Of a stretch of 64,000 nt of DNA, positions 48,394 to 57,805 are shown piece by piece. The notes below the pieces were generated by a model that saw only the letters and a program-made list of their open reading frames with translations, was not told the origin of the DNA and searched no databases. This DNA is from an uncultured Methanomassiliicoccales archaeon (lineage in GTDB: Archaea > Thermoplasmatota > Thermoplasmata > RBG-16-68-12 > JAJISG01): the NCBI GenBank assembly GCA_964348155.1, contig CAYGBN010000001.1:10699-74698 (forward strand). Direction: 5' to 3'. A program made the translations under genes and the position numbers. Each line of letters starts with the position of its first letter. Position 1 is the stretch's first letter.

Positions 48394-48780
48394 TCAGTCG
48401 ATCACGTGCGTAGGCTCGATCCGGAGCAGGACCCGGACCTGACCAGGGACTGTCCGGAAATCCCCGCCCGTGTACTTGCGGGCCAGGGCATCGATGTGAG
48501 CCCTGGCGCTCTCCCGCGTCACCTCCACCACCCGTCCACGGATGACCACGCGCTCGTAGGGATCCTTCCGGTCCGTCAGGGAGAGGGCCACCCGGGGGTC
48601 CCTCCGCACGTTGCGGGTCTTCACGCGGTCCTCCGACGTGTTCACCCGGACCACGTCTCCCTCCCGGTCCACCCAGACGGGGGTGACGTGGGGGGAGCCG
48701 TCGGGAAGGAGGGTGGCAAGGTGGGCGAAATTAGCGCCGTCCAGGAGGCGCCGGCTCTTGGACGTGAGCTGCCCAGCCAT
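48394..48780 (-). CDS. pyridoxamine 5'-phosphate oxidase-fold protein (FMN/F420-binding split-barrel family)
   Basis: ANFAHLATLLPDGSPHVTPVWVD is typical of PPOX-class proteins. Length is 128 aa. Confidence 0.7.
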   Translation of the reverse strand: MAGQLTSKSRRLLDGANFAHLATLLPDGSPHVTPVWVDREGDVVRVNTSEDRVKTRNVRRDPRVALSLTDRKDPYERVVIRGRVVEVTRESARAHIDALARKYTGGDFRTVPGQVRVLLRIEPTHVID

Positions 48781-48908
48781 GTGTGGTTCATTCCCCGCCC
48801 CTTGGCATAAACCCTCCCCCTCCCGGTCGGGCTGTTTGCAGAAGCGATAATATCGATAGGGTTTAATAAAAGGCGAAGGGTTGCGGGGGCGCCCTTGGAG
48901 GAGGGAGA

Positions 48909-49466
48909 TTGAGGTCCCATCGCGTCGTGTTCGTGGCAGCAGCGCTCCTGGTCCTGGTGGGCCTCCTGGCCCTGGATGCCGCCCGGACGCCGAGTTCCGC
49001 CTCTGTCCAGGGGCGGGAGACGTTCCGAATCCCCGATGGACCGGGCTGGTACTCCTTCTTCGAGCTCGAGATGTTGGCGGGGGGCCGCGTGTCCGTCAGC
49101 TTCGCGGAGAGCGCAGGCGGAGCCGTGGCCGTCTACCTCTTGCCGCAGGAGGCCTACGGAATCTACGAGACCACGGGGCTCGTGCCCGCCTCCGCGACGC
49201 GGATCAGCGGGTCGGACGCCCTGTTTGAGGCGAACATCCCGCAGGAGGGAACCTACTACCTGGTGTTTGCCCATGGCCAGGGGTACGAGGCCCTCTCCCA
49301 GGAGGTGGAGGTCCGCTACGTCTTCATGGGGATGGTGCCGACGGGCCCGGACCAGGAGCTGGCGTGGAGGGGATTCCTCGCCGTCATCGTAGGAGGGGTC
49401 CTGGCCAATGCGGGCGTACTCTTGCGCTTTCGATGGCTGCGGCGGGAGATCGGGACGGCGGCATAG
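48909..49466 (+). CDS. hypothetical membrane-anchored protein (TM at both ends)
   Basis: There is an N-terminal TM, an extracytoplasmic domain and a C-terminal TM. A TTTAATAAAAGG element lies about 40 nt upstream. Confidence 0.5.
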   Translation: MRSHRVVFVAAALLVLVGLLALDAARTPSSASVQGRETFRIPDGPGWYSFFELEMLAGGRVSVSFAESAGGAVAVYLLPQEAYGIYETTGLVPASATRISGSDALFEANIPQEGTYYLVFAHGQGYEALSQEVEVRYVFMGMVPTGPDQELAWRGFLAVIVGGVLANAGVLLRFRWLRREIGTAA

Positions 49467-49505
49467 AGGGCCGAGGCGATCGTGCCGGGTCCCCCGGATC
49501 CTCGG

Positions 49506-50168
49506 CTACCCCGAGGCTTCTTGAATGGCGGCGAGGAGGACGCGCGGGTCCGGGTAGTCCTCGCAGTACTGGTACCGGTAGGCCAACCGAAGCACGCCGG
49601 CGGGGTCCACCACGAACTCCCCGGGAGCCTGCCACGGGCTGTCCACCAGGGGCCGACCCAGCTCCCGACGTGCCGCCGCCAGGGCGACCCCCGCCTCGTA
49701 CTCCTTGCGCAACAGTTCGGACGAGGCGTCGTAGAGGACCTGGGAAGGCGTGAACTCCAGGAGCCCGTAGGCCTCGTAGGTCCGGAAGTCGGGATCGCAG
49801 AGAACGGGACACGGGATTCCGTAGGTCTCCGCATATGCCAGGGCCCTGGCGGGCTCCCCCTGGCCGATAACGAGCACGTTCGCCCCGGCCGACCGATACT
49901 GCGGGAACTCCTCCTGCAGCCGCCCGGCGCGGTCCATGCCGCAGCCGCAGCCGTAGTGCCTCCAGAAGAGCAGGAGGGCGGGGCGGTCTCGCCAGAACTC
50001 GCTGAGGCGGACGCGCCTTCCCTCGGCGTCCTCCAGTTCGAGATCGGGGGCAGGATCCCCAGCCTGTGGTGGGAGGCTCGTCCATTGGAGCCGGGTCGGC
50101 CCGCGCCGCCAGAGTTCCAGCCAGCGAGCCTCCGCACCCTCGACCAGGCGTCGCAGTTCGTCGGTCAT
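49506..50168 (-). CDS. thioredoxin-fold redoxin (AhpC/TSA-like family)
   Basis: LLLFWRHYGCGCG has a Cys pair in the redoxin active-site position. Family placement is tentative. Confidence 0.55.
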   Translation of the reverse strand: MTDELRRLVEGAEARWLELWRRGPTRLQWTSLPPQAGDPAPDLELEDAEGRRVRLSEFWRDRPALLLFWRHYGCGCGMDRAGRLQEEFPQYRSAGANVLVIGQGEPARALAYAETYGIPCPVLCDPDFRTYEAYGLLEFTPSQVLYDASSELLRKEYEAGVALAAARRELGRPLVDSPWQAPGEFVVDPAGVLRLAYRYQYCEDYPDPRVLLAAIQEASG

Positions 50169-50252
50169 CGAATCCGCCGCGTCTCCAACGTAGACGGCTT
50201 GACCGCTACATCAACGTTCTCCCCCGGCCGCCCGCCTCGCGGTCGCCGCCCC

Positions 50253-50936
50253 TCAAGAGGCACCTTTGGCCTCGAGCGCCCGCACGACGGGGAGCAGGTC
50301 CTCCACCGAGGAGATCTCTGCGTGGGGACCTGCCTGCCGCAGGTCCTCCAGGTCCCCGTATCCGTAGGTCGCCGCCACCGTCCAGGCTCCCGCGCGCCGG
50401 CCTGCAAGGACGTCGACCGGGGCGTCGCCCACGACGATGCACGCGGTCGCCGGCCTCCCGACGGCGGTGGCCGCCAGGTAGACCAGTTCAGGGTGCGGCT
50501 TGGGCCGCGTCACCTGATCGCCCCCCACGACGGCGGTGAACCGAGGTTCCAAGCGGGCCCCCCTCAGCATGCGCCGGGCCACGGCCGTCCGGCGGGTGGT
50601 CATCGTGCCAATGGGTCGGTCCCCCAACGCCTCGAGCGTCTCCGGGACCCGGGGGTAGAGGGGTATCCCCTCCGCCACCCGGCGCTCGAAGTGGCGGTAG
50701 TAGGCGTCCCGGATCGCCTCCACAGAGGCGCCCTCCATGCCTCGAAGGAGGGCCATCTGGCGATGGACGGGCATCCCGATCAGGGGGCGGAGGTCCGCGG
50801 CCCGGAGGTGCGGTTCGCCGGCCTCGTCCAGCGCATCGTTCATGGCCGCCAGGATGGCGGGAAAGCTGTCGAAGAGCGTGCCGTCGACGTCCAGCAGGAT
50901 GCCCCGGGGGTCTGTGCCCACACCCATGCCATGCAC
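50253..50936 (-). CDS. HAD-superfamily hydrolase (phosphoglycolate phosphatase-like)
   Basis: Motif I is LLDVDGTLFDS. The C-terminal motif is VVGDAPVDVLAG. Confidence 0.75.
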   Translation of the reverse strand: MHGMGVGTDPRGILLDVDGTLFDSFPAILAAMNDALDEAGEPHLRAADLRPLIGMPVHRQMALLRGMEGASVEAIRDAYYRHFERRVAEGIPLYPRVPETLEALGDRPIGTMTTRRTAVARRMLRGARLEPRFTAVVGGDQVTRPKPHPELVYLAATAVGRPATACIVVGDAPVDVLAGRRAGAWTVAATYGYGDLEDLRQAGPHAEISSVEDLLPVVRALEAKGAS

Positions 50937-51018
50937 CCTTCCCCTTAAGGCTACGGGGGAGGCCTGTGAATTTCGACTCGCCGAAACCTTCTAATCACGA
51001 TGCAGCTATATCGTAGCC

Positions 51019-52431
51019 ATGGCCATCATGGACGGGTTCGCGGAGGAACCGCTTCCGCCCCGGTGGCAGGAGGAGGCCAACCGCTGGCAGGACACGTACT
51101 TCCCCGAGCTTCCGGAGACCCAGGACGTGCCCACGTGGCAGCGGTTCTACCCCAACCTGCTCCCCACGAACCTCTCCGTCATCCTGGCCAAGCCGGACGC
51201 CTTCGCCCAGTTCGCCAGCAGGGTCGTGGGGGCCGACGGGGGGACCGCCGACCTGACGTGGCGCGTCGCCCGGGCGGAGGAGATGAACGACGACCAGTTC
51301 GATCTCGCGTTAAGGATCATCAAGGCCCAGGCCTCCACGGAGCTGGGCAGCATCCAGCAGCACCGCATGGTGTACCGGCCCATCGACACCGGCGGGCTGC
51401 GGGGGCTGGACCGGGAGATCGTGGAGGGGATCCATGCGGTGGGGAACGGCCACGACCTCGACGCCGTCAGCTTCGCGGCGAAGCGGGTCTGCGTCGAGGA
51501 GCTCCGCCACCACTACCAGATGAGCGGCGTGCTCACCCTGGACCCGACGTGGGATCGGCGAGACGGCTGGAGGGCCGCCAGCGAGACCATGGAGGAGCTG
51601 TTCGCCATGCGGCCCGGGGAGCACGTCCTGGACGCCTTCAACATCGAGTTCAAGAGCCTCTTGGACACCGCCACTTTCCTGGCCCTCATCGACCGGGTGG
51701 GGAAGTACCAGCTCGAGATGCAGCACCACTTCCTCTACGCCCCCATGGCCCTCTCCATGCCCTTCATGCGGTGGATGGAGGAGTCGTACCACCTGGCGGC
51801 CGGGGAGCGCCTCCTCAAGGCCATGGCCGCAGCGGCCGTGCAGGACGCCTCGAACTTCGGGATGGACGCCATGCAGGAGACCGTCAACATGTGGTATCCC
51901 CGGGGGCTGGAGATGTTCGGCAGCGAGCTGAGCGGCCAGCACGTGAAGGGCATCTTCAAGACGATGGCCAACGCGGCGGCTCAGGCCCTCTACACGCGGG
52001 AGGTCAAGGGAAAGGTCCGGGACATCAACCTGGCGGCCATCCGGGCCAAGGTGGGATGCGGCCGTCCGGAGGCGGAGCGAATCCTGAGTCGAATCGAGGT
52101 CAAGGGGGAGCGCCGCCACGGCCTTGGCCCCGACGACCTCCTCCGGCTCCCCGACCGAAGGTTCTTCCGATTCCGCGGGCTGACGGAGTTCGCGGACCAT
52201 CGGGAGCGAGACCCCACCACGGGACGGCTGGGGTACGTGTACCTGCCCTACGACGTGGAGGGCCACCTTCTGCTGGAAGGCGGGAAGCCCATCGAACGGG
52301 AGGCGTACGTGGAGTACCTGAAGACGGTCCTCCCCGACCGCTACATGGGGAGCCGCCACTGGCAAGACATGCGCGAGGAGTTCCTGTTCAACCCGGAGTG
52401 GGGCGACGTGAACCCCCTCCCCCGAGCCTAG
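51019..52431 (+). CDS. BoxB/PaaA-like diiron oxygenase (benzoyl-CoA 2,3-epoxidase subunit B-like)
   Basis: VEELRHH, DRVGKYQLEMQHHF and MRWMEESYHLAAGE match, from memory, the EExRH / DRxGKxQL / EExHH helices of BoxB. Length is 470 aa, which is BoxB-sized. Confidence 0.55.
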   Translation: MAIMDGFAEEPLPPRWQEEANRWQDTYFPELPETQDVPTWQRFYPNLLPTNLSVILAKPDAFAQFASRVVGADGGTADLTWRVARAEEMNDDQFDLALRIIKAQASTELGSIQQHRMVYRPIDTGGLRGLDREIVEGIHAVGNGHDLDAVSFAAKRVCVEELRHHYQMSGVLTLDPTWDRRDGWRAASETMEELFAMRPGEHVLDAFNIEFKSLLDTATFLALIDRVGKYQLEMQHHFLYAPMALSMPFMRWMEESYHLAAGERLLKAMAAAAVQDASNFGMDAMQETVNMWYPRGLEMFGSELSGQHVKGIFKTMANAAAQALYTREVKGKVRDINLAAIRAKVGCGRPEAERILSRIEVKGERRHGLGPDDLLRLPDRRFFRFRGLTEFADHRERDPTTGRLGYVYLPYDVEGHLLLEGGKPIEREAYVEYLKTVLPDRYMGSRHWQDMREEFLFNPEWGDVNPLPRA

Positions 52432-53329
52432 CGCTTCGGCTGACAGAGATCTCCCGGGCCGCCGGCGAGGCCGCAGCCTCCGGCACGCCCAAGCTGAGCT
52501 CCCGGCTCTGCACGTCGATGCCCCGCTCCCGGCAGGCCCGGGCAACGGCCCGCGCGTAGGCCTCCATGAAGCGACGGTCCGACATCCGGAGGAGGTCTGG
52601 TGCAAGGGGGGATCCGTTGAGCCTTCGAAGGATCGCCTCGCGAACGCCCCACCGGGCGTCCAAGGGTCGAACGAACATCCGCCGCACCCCGACGGCAGCG
52701 AGCCGCTCCGCCACCCGGCGAGCCGTCCATCCGCTGGTTGGAGGGTAGGCCGGCGCGAACCCCACCGACGTGGGAACGCCCGCATCCGACAGGGCCCTGA
52801 GGCATCGGAGACGGGCAACCACCGAGGGTGCCCAGGGCTCCAGCAGGGCGCGGGCCCGGTCGTCCATCGTGGGGAGAGACATCCCAACGTCGACCTCCGA
52901 GAACTCCGCGAAGAGGTCCGCATCCCGCAACACCAGGGGGGAACGGGTGAGGACGGAGACGGGCCACCCCGCGCGGAGGAGGACCTGCAGGGCCCGCCGG
53001 GTGACGCGATATCTTCCCTCTACGTACTGGTAGGGATCCGTTGCCGTGGAGATGGCCACGAGCCCTTGGGGCAGTCGCCGCACCTCCTTCGCCAGGACGG
53101 TGGGGGCGTTGCGTTTCACGACCACGGAAGCTCCCCACGCCTCCCGCTCCATGCGGAGCAGGCGGGGGGAGTAGCAGAACACGCAACCGTGGTAGCACCC
53201 CACGTACGGGTTAAAGGAATAGGGGAGTCCGGGGAGGGGATCCCTCCGGAGGGCCTGGTCCACGTGAACCTCCCGGATGCGGAAGGTGTCGCGTGCAGGG
53301 GGGACGTGCGGTCCCTTGAGCCACTCCAC
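52388..53329 (-). CDS. radical SAM protein, SplB/DNA-photolyase-like family (COG1533-like)
   Basis: The CxxxCxxC cluster is SFNPYVGCYHGCVFCY. I inferred a GTG start at 53329. There is a 44-nt convergent overlap with the previous gene. Confidence 0.6.
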   Translation of the reverse strand: MEWLKGPHVPPARDTFRIREVHVDQALRRDPLPGLPYSFNPYVGCYHGCVFCYSPRLLRMEREAWGASVVVKRNAPTVLAKEVRRLPQGLVAISTATDPYQYVEGRYRVTRRALQVLLRAGWPVSVLTRSPLVLRDADLFAEFSEVDVGMSLPTMDDRARALLEPWAPSVVARLRCLRALSDAGVPTSVGFAPAYPPTSGWTARRVAERLAAVGVRRMFVRPLDARWGVREAILRRLNGSPLAPDLLRMSDRRFMEAYARAVARACRERGIDVQSRELSLGVPEAAASPAAREISVSRSARLGGGGSRRPTPG

Positions 53330-53446
53330 ATGACCGCGCAGAGAGTTCCCCGTTATGGGCCTCCCGGAGGGGGATGGCCGAAAGTGGCACGACGGAGGCT
53401 GGGGTGACACGAAACCCTCATGGGGTAGACGTGCGTAGGACGAGGG

Positions 53447-53878
53447 ATGGCAAGGGGCGACGAGGGGGGCAGAAGCGGCTCCGTTCCCTGGAGGCCGCTG
53501 CTCCTGGCGGCCATCCTCGTCGTCGCGGGGGTGCTGGCATGGACGTTTCTTCCCCCCCTCCTGGCTGCGCCACCGACCTACGCGGTGCGCGTGACCTTCC
53601 CCTCCGAGCAATGCTGGACCGGCGGCATCACGGTGGACGGCGACGAGACCTCTCACGAAGGGTGCGGCGCCAAGGTCCTCGAGGTCGAGGCGTGCACGGA
53701 CGCCATGGTCGCCATCTTCCAAAAGGGAGTGGATGGGGGAACGGGGGAGCGCTACCCCGGGACGTTGGCCGTCGCCATTCTGAGGGACGGGGAGGTCGTG
53801 GAGGAGCAGAGCACCTCCACCGCCCTGTACACGGTGGCCGTGGACTTCACGTGCTCGGGGCGGGATGTCGTGATGTAG
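53447..53878 (+). CDS. hypothetical membrane-anchored small protein
   Basis: A TM segment (LLLAAILVVAGVLAWTFL) precedes a Cys-containing domain. Confidence 0.4.
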   Translation: MARGDEGGRSGSVPWRPLLLAAILVVAGVLAWTFLPPLLAAPPTYAVRVTFPSEQCWTGGITVDGDETSHEGCGAKVLEVEACTDAMVAIFQKGVDGGTGERYPGTLAVAILRDGEVVEEQSTSTALYTVAVDFTCSGRDVVM

Positions 53879-53910
53879 CCCGGCCGGTTTGCCCAGGCTC
53901 CGATTCGCCC

Positions 53911-54378
53911 TCAATCCTCCTCGACGGCGATGGGATCTCCGACTCTTACGATGCCGCCCTCAAGGATTTGGGCGCGCAATCCTCCACGATGGACGAGGCC
54001 CGGAAGCACGTTCGCGTCGGTCAATCCCGCCAAGTGCCGGCAGGGCTCGCACAGCCGCACTCCTCGAACCAGAACCCTTCCCACGCGGAAGCCCACCCCC
54101 ACCAGGTCGTTCAGGGAGACGCCCTCCGTAACGATGTTGCGCCGGGCGTCTCCCGGGGCGATGTCCGAGGCATACTCTTCGCGAAACGCCTCGATGGCCT
54201 CGAGTTCGATGAAGGTCAGCTCCCGATCGCTCCCTGCGGGTTCGGAGTAGGTCCCCGCTCCCCTGAAGTAGCGATCTCCCTCCAGGCCCCTCCCCGCGAC
54301 CGCCCGGACCCGGGGCACGGAGACCGTGGGGGCGCTCGCCTTGGGGGCGATGTGGATGGAGACGACGCGGCCGGTCAT
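53911..54378 (-). CDS. MOSC-domain protein (YiiM-like)
   Basis: MTGRVVSIHIAPKASAPTVSV...RGLEGDRYF...RNIVTEGVSLNDLVGVGFRVGRVLVRGVRLCEPCRHL matches the MOSC beta-barrel and its conserved Cys. Confidence 0.75.
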   Translation of the reverse strand: MTGRVVSIHIAPKASAPTVSVPRVRAVAGRGLEGDRYFRGAGTYSEPAGSDRELTFIELEAIEAFREEYASDIAPGDARRNIVTEGVSLNDLVGVGFRVGRVLVRGVRLCEPCRHLAGLTDANVLPGLVHRGGLRAQILEGGIVRVGDPIAVEED

Positions 54379-54444
54379 CCCTCCTCCCTTCGCATGCCGT
54401 GGATCAATGTCCCGCCTGAGCAGTTGAATGGCAAATGCGCCCCC

Positions 54445-54948
54445 TCAAGTCTGTCTGGCAGAGCGGCGCTCCGCCGCCGTGAAGATGATGCCAACGACCA
54501 GGGCGACGAAGCCCACCACGGCGGAGAGGAAGGCGGAAAGGACCCACACCCCGGCCAGGGGGTCCAGAGGCGCCGCGAAGGTGAGGACGACCACCGCCTC
54601 CGGCCCTGTGTTCTGCACCACCACGAGGTGCTCCCCCGCAACGGTGGCCCGGTAGGTTTGGGCCAGCTCCTCCCCCCGAACCGTGGTGCGGCCCTGCGTT
54701 GCACCTTCTGGCAGGCGCAAGAAGACCGTCACCTCGTCCCCGGCCGAGTAGTTGTCGATGCCGACGAAGTAGGTGAGGGTTTCCCCCTCGCGGAGGGCGA
54801 CGGTGGTGTTCGCGTACGCCCCCCGGGACACCTCCTGGATAGTCGGGACGAAGCCCCCGATGAGGCCGAAGGCGAAGCCGGCGAACAGGCCACCACCCGT
54901 CGCCAAGAGGATGACACCAGCAACGAGAAGCCAGGGGCCCTTGGACAC
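54445..54948 (-). CDS. hypothetical membrane protein
   Basis: TM helices are present at both ends around an extracytoplasmic domain. Confidence 0.5.
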   Translation of the reverse strand: MSKGPWLLVAGVILLATGGGLFAGFAFGLIGGFVPTIQEVSRGAYANTTVALREGETLTYFVGIDNYSAGDEVTVFLRLPEGATQGRTTVRGEELAQTYRATVAGEHLVVVQNTGPEAVVVLTFAAPLDPLAGVWVLSAFLSAVVGFVALVVGIIFTAAERRSARQT

Positions 54949-55000
54949 GATGTACCCACGTGCAGAAACCGGCGGCCCCTATTTGAGTCGTCGGATGGCC

Positions 55001-55558
55001 TCAGCCGGGAAAGGCCTGCAGCAGGGCGAAGATCACCAGGCCCAGGGCGGAGCTGAGGAGCCACAGAGGCACCACCACCCGACCCACTCGAGGGTGCAGG
55101 GTGAGGCCCACCCTGGGCAACGTTCGGGTCATGCCCACGAGGAAGTTGTAGAGGACCGGCGGGACCGCGGCCGCGGAGATGGCGAGGTGGGGGAGGAGGA
55201 GCGGCAGGTAGAGCCAACGGTGGAGAAGGGGAGGCCCCCCGAACTCCAGGGTCCCCACCACGTATTGCCGGGTGACGTAGAGGACCAGGAAGGCGGAGAT
55301 GGAGAGGAGGGCCATCTCCATCAGGAGGCGATGGCGTTCTCGACGACCGGCGCGGATGGCCACCCATCCCGCGGCCAACAGGAGGAAGGTGAGGCCGTTG
55401 GACGTGGCGGTGGCCAGAGAGAAGGGGAGGCGGAGTTCCGGGAAGGGGGCCGTGCTCCTTGGGGCCAGGAGGAGATATCCGAGGATCACGTAGATGGTCG
55501 CACTCAGGAGGGCCGCCGCCAATCCGGGCCTGCGTCCGAGGACGCCGTCGACGTTCAT
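55001..55558 (-). CDS. DUF420-like integral membrane protein
   Basis: Four or five TM helices are present. The family assignment is from memory and tentative. Confidence 0.45.
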   Translation of the reverse strand: MNVDGVLGRRPGLAAALLSATIYVILGYLLLAPRSTAPFPELRLPFSLATATSNGLTFLLLAAGWVAIRAGRRERHRLLMEMALLSISAFLVLYVTRQYVVGTLEFGGPPLLHRWLYLPLLLPHLAISAAAVPPVLYNFLVGMTRTLPRVGLTLHPRVGRVVVPLWLLSSALGLVIFALLQAFPG

Positions 55559-55582
55559 GGGCCGTTCCTCCCAGAGTTCCCT

Positions 55583-55762
55583 TTACTTCTTGAGGGCGCC
55601 CATTGCGGCCACGCCGACCCCGAGGGAAGCAACCCCGGCCCCGATAAGAATCCAGGGCGGGCCAACCATGAACGTCGTGGGGAGGTAACCCGCTCCTTGG
55701 AGGGCCCACACCAGCCCCATGAGGACGACGATGACGCCAGGAACGAACAGCACGGGCCGCAT
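55583..55762 (-). CDS. small 2-TM membrane protein
   Basis: MRPVLFVPGVIVVLMGLVWALQGAGYLPTTFMVGPPWILIGAGVASLGVGVAAMGALKK. Confidence 0.35.
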   Translation of the reverse strand: MRPVLFVPGVIVVLMGLVWALQGAGYLPTTFMVGPPWILIGAGVASLGVGVAAMGALKK

Positions 55763-55824
55763 GGGGGAGGAGTGGCGCTCCTCCCTTAAGAGGGGACGGG
55801 CTGGAGACCGGATTGAGGTAGGTT

Positions 55825-56290
55825 TTGGGGGAACGCTTAAGGCGCCCACCCCATCTGATGGCGCCCATGGCTTCCGCCCTGCACGCCATGAGCCGATGGC
55901 TCCGCGGGCTTCCCTGGGCGCGGTTCGGCGCGGGCGTCGTGGCGGGCGCGGCCGCCTTGGCCCTCACGTATCCCTTGCGCCTCATGGGGCTGGGGATCTT
56001 CCTCCCGGAGCTCGCGGTGGACTTCGTCGTGGCCCGCATCCCTGGCTCGGCGGAGTCGTTCGCCGTCCAGGCCCTGGGCGAGGGGGCCAAGCTCCTGGGC
56101 ATCGCGTTCGCCGTGTCCGTCTTCCTGGCGCTCCCGGGCGTCTACGCCCTGTTCTACCGCTGGATCCAGCCCCGTCTGCGGCACCGAGGGGCGATGTGGG
56201 TCCTCTTCGCCTTGGGACCCACGGCCGTCGCCCTGCTCCTCGAGCACGGAGTGCTGAGACATGCTGCGAAGCGTCGGAGGGGGGGTCGCG
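55825..56290 (+). CDS. membrane domain ORF, probably the N-terminal part of the downstream Moco oxidoreductase (frame break at G7 run)
   Basis: Three TM helices are present. The frame runs into junk after ...LLLEHGVLRHAAKRRRGG, exactly at the G7 homopolymer. Confidence 0.35.
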
Positions 56291-57460
56291 GGCCTGAACA
56301 CGCTCGCCGGTCCCCTCTGGGCGGCCTTCAGCCAGCTCCTAGGATATGCTCTGTACGCCACCCTCCTAGACTACTTCTTCGTGGACGTCTCCGCGCGGTA
56401 TCCAGAGGGGTTCCGCCTCTCCCGGCGCCAGTTCATGGTGGCGACCGCAGGGGCCCTGGGGGCCGTCGCCCTGGCCGTCATCGGCTTCGGGCGGCTCGTG
56501 GCCAGCCAATCGCGCGTGGTTTTTGCGACCATTCAGGAGCTGTTCGCCAAGGAGGTGTCCACCAACGAGGAGTTCTACGTCGTCTCCAAGAACGTGGTGG
56601 ACCCGGCGGTGGCCGCGGGGACCTGGAGTCTGGCGGTCGGCGGATTGGTGGGAACCCCCCAGACCCACACGTACGAAGACCTCGTGCAACGGATGAACGC
56701 CGAGGAGTACGTCACGATGGAGTGCGTGAGCAACGAGGTGGGGGGCAACCTCATCGACACGGCCAAGTGGAACGGCATCCCGCTGCAGGAGGTCCTCGCG
56801 GAGGCGGAGCCCTTGGACGGCGCGGATTGGGTGGCGTTCACGTGCGTCGACGGCTACACGGTGGGCATCCCGAGGGCCAAGGCCGAGGACCCCGCCACCA
56901 TGGTGGCCCTCACCATGAACGACGAGCCCCTCTCTAGGGAGCACGGCTTCCCCGCCCGCATCATCGTCCCCGGGCTCTACGGAATGTTCTCCGCCAAGTG
57001 GGTGACGCAGGTCGACCTGGTGACGGGGGAGTACCTCGGCTTCTGGCAGGAGAAGGGGTGGACGAACGAGGGGACCATCCGGACCACCGCGATCATCGCC
57101 ACGCCGCCCTCGGGACGGACGGTGGAGACGCCGATCACCCTGGGCGGTATGGCCTTCGCGGGGGACCGGGGCATCTCCCGGGTGGAGGTAAGTACCGACG
57201 GCGGGGCGACCTGGCAGGAGGCCACGTTGAAGGAGCCCCCTCTGTCGGAGCTGACCTGGGTCATCTGGACGTACCGGTGGCATCCAACGGTCCGGGGGAG
57301 ATATCGGATTCTCGTCCGTGCGACGGATGGCGACGGCGTCCCCCAGGAGCCCTTGCGTGAGTCCCCCTTTCCCCGGGGGGCCGCGGGCTACGATAACATC
57401 TCCCTCCAGGTCGCTCCATCCTCGCTCCTCGCACCGGCAGGAGGACGGGAGAAGGCTTAA
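56261..57460 (+). CDS. sulfite-oxidase-family molybdopterin oxidoreductase (YedY/MsrP-like) with N-terminal TM helices
   Basis: A Moco-ligand Cys context (YVTMECVSNEVGGN) is present, along with a dimerisation/Ig-like C-terminal domain. Two TM helices lie at the N-terminus. Confidence 0.75.
   Translation: MLRSVGGGVAGLNTLAGPLWAAFSQLLGYALYATLLDYFFVDVSARYPEGFRLSRRQFMVATAGALGAVALAVIGFGRLVASQSRVVFATIQELFAKEVSTNEEFYVVSKNVVDPAVAAGTWSLAVGGLVGTPQTHTYEDLVQRMNAEEYVTMECVSNEVGGNLIDTAKWNGIPLQEVLAEAEPLDGADWVAFTCVDGYTVGIPRAKAEDPATMVALTMNDEPLSREHGFPARIIVPGLYGMFSAKWVTQVDLVTGEYLGFWQEKGWTNEGTIRTTAIIATPPSGRTVETPITLGGMAFAGDRGISRVEVSTDGGATWQEATLKEPPLSELTWVIWTYRWHPTVRGRYRILVRATDGDGVPQEPLRESPFPRGAAGYDNISLQVAPSSLLAPAGGREKA
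56279..56285. repeat. G7 homopolymer at junction of two reading frames
   Basis: Counted directly. The upstream ORF frame and the downstream Moco-domain frame meet here. Confidence 0.9.
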
Positions 57461-57487
57461 GGGAGGCGAAGGGCCTAGACGCGAGCG

Positions 57488-57805
57488 ATGATGGCCGGCG
57501 GCCCCCGCGACCTGCTTCTGACGCAGATCGAGGTTGGCGTCCGTTCGGCCCCCCCTGACGCCCTCGCCGACTGGCTGGAGGGGCAGGTGAGCATCGTCGA
57601 CCTTCTGTTCGAGCCCAATAAGGAGTTCCTGCGACGGTACAAGACGGAGGCGTTGGAGGTCCTTCGGAGCGTCTCGGCGGGCGACATCAGGGACGCGTGC
57701 CTGAGAGGCGCCCCTCACCTGGCGGACATCTGGTACTCTCCGTCTGCAATGGCGCGCTTCGAGGGGGAAGTGGCCATCATGCATCACTTCGTGCGGGAAC
57801 TGTGA
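57488..57805 (+). CDS. hypothetical protein
   Basis: The 105-aa ORF looks like a protein. Its 3' end is convergent and overlaps the NTase gene by about 22 nt. Confidence 0.35.
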   Translation: MMAGGPRDLLLTQIEVGVRSAPPDALADWLEGQVSIVDLLFEPNKEFLRRYKTEALEVLRSVSAGDIRDACLRGAPHLADIWYSPSAMARFEGEVAIMHHFVREL

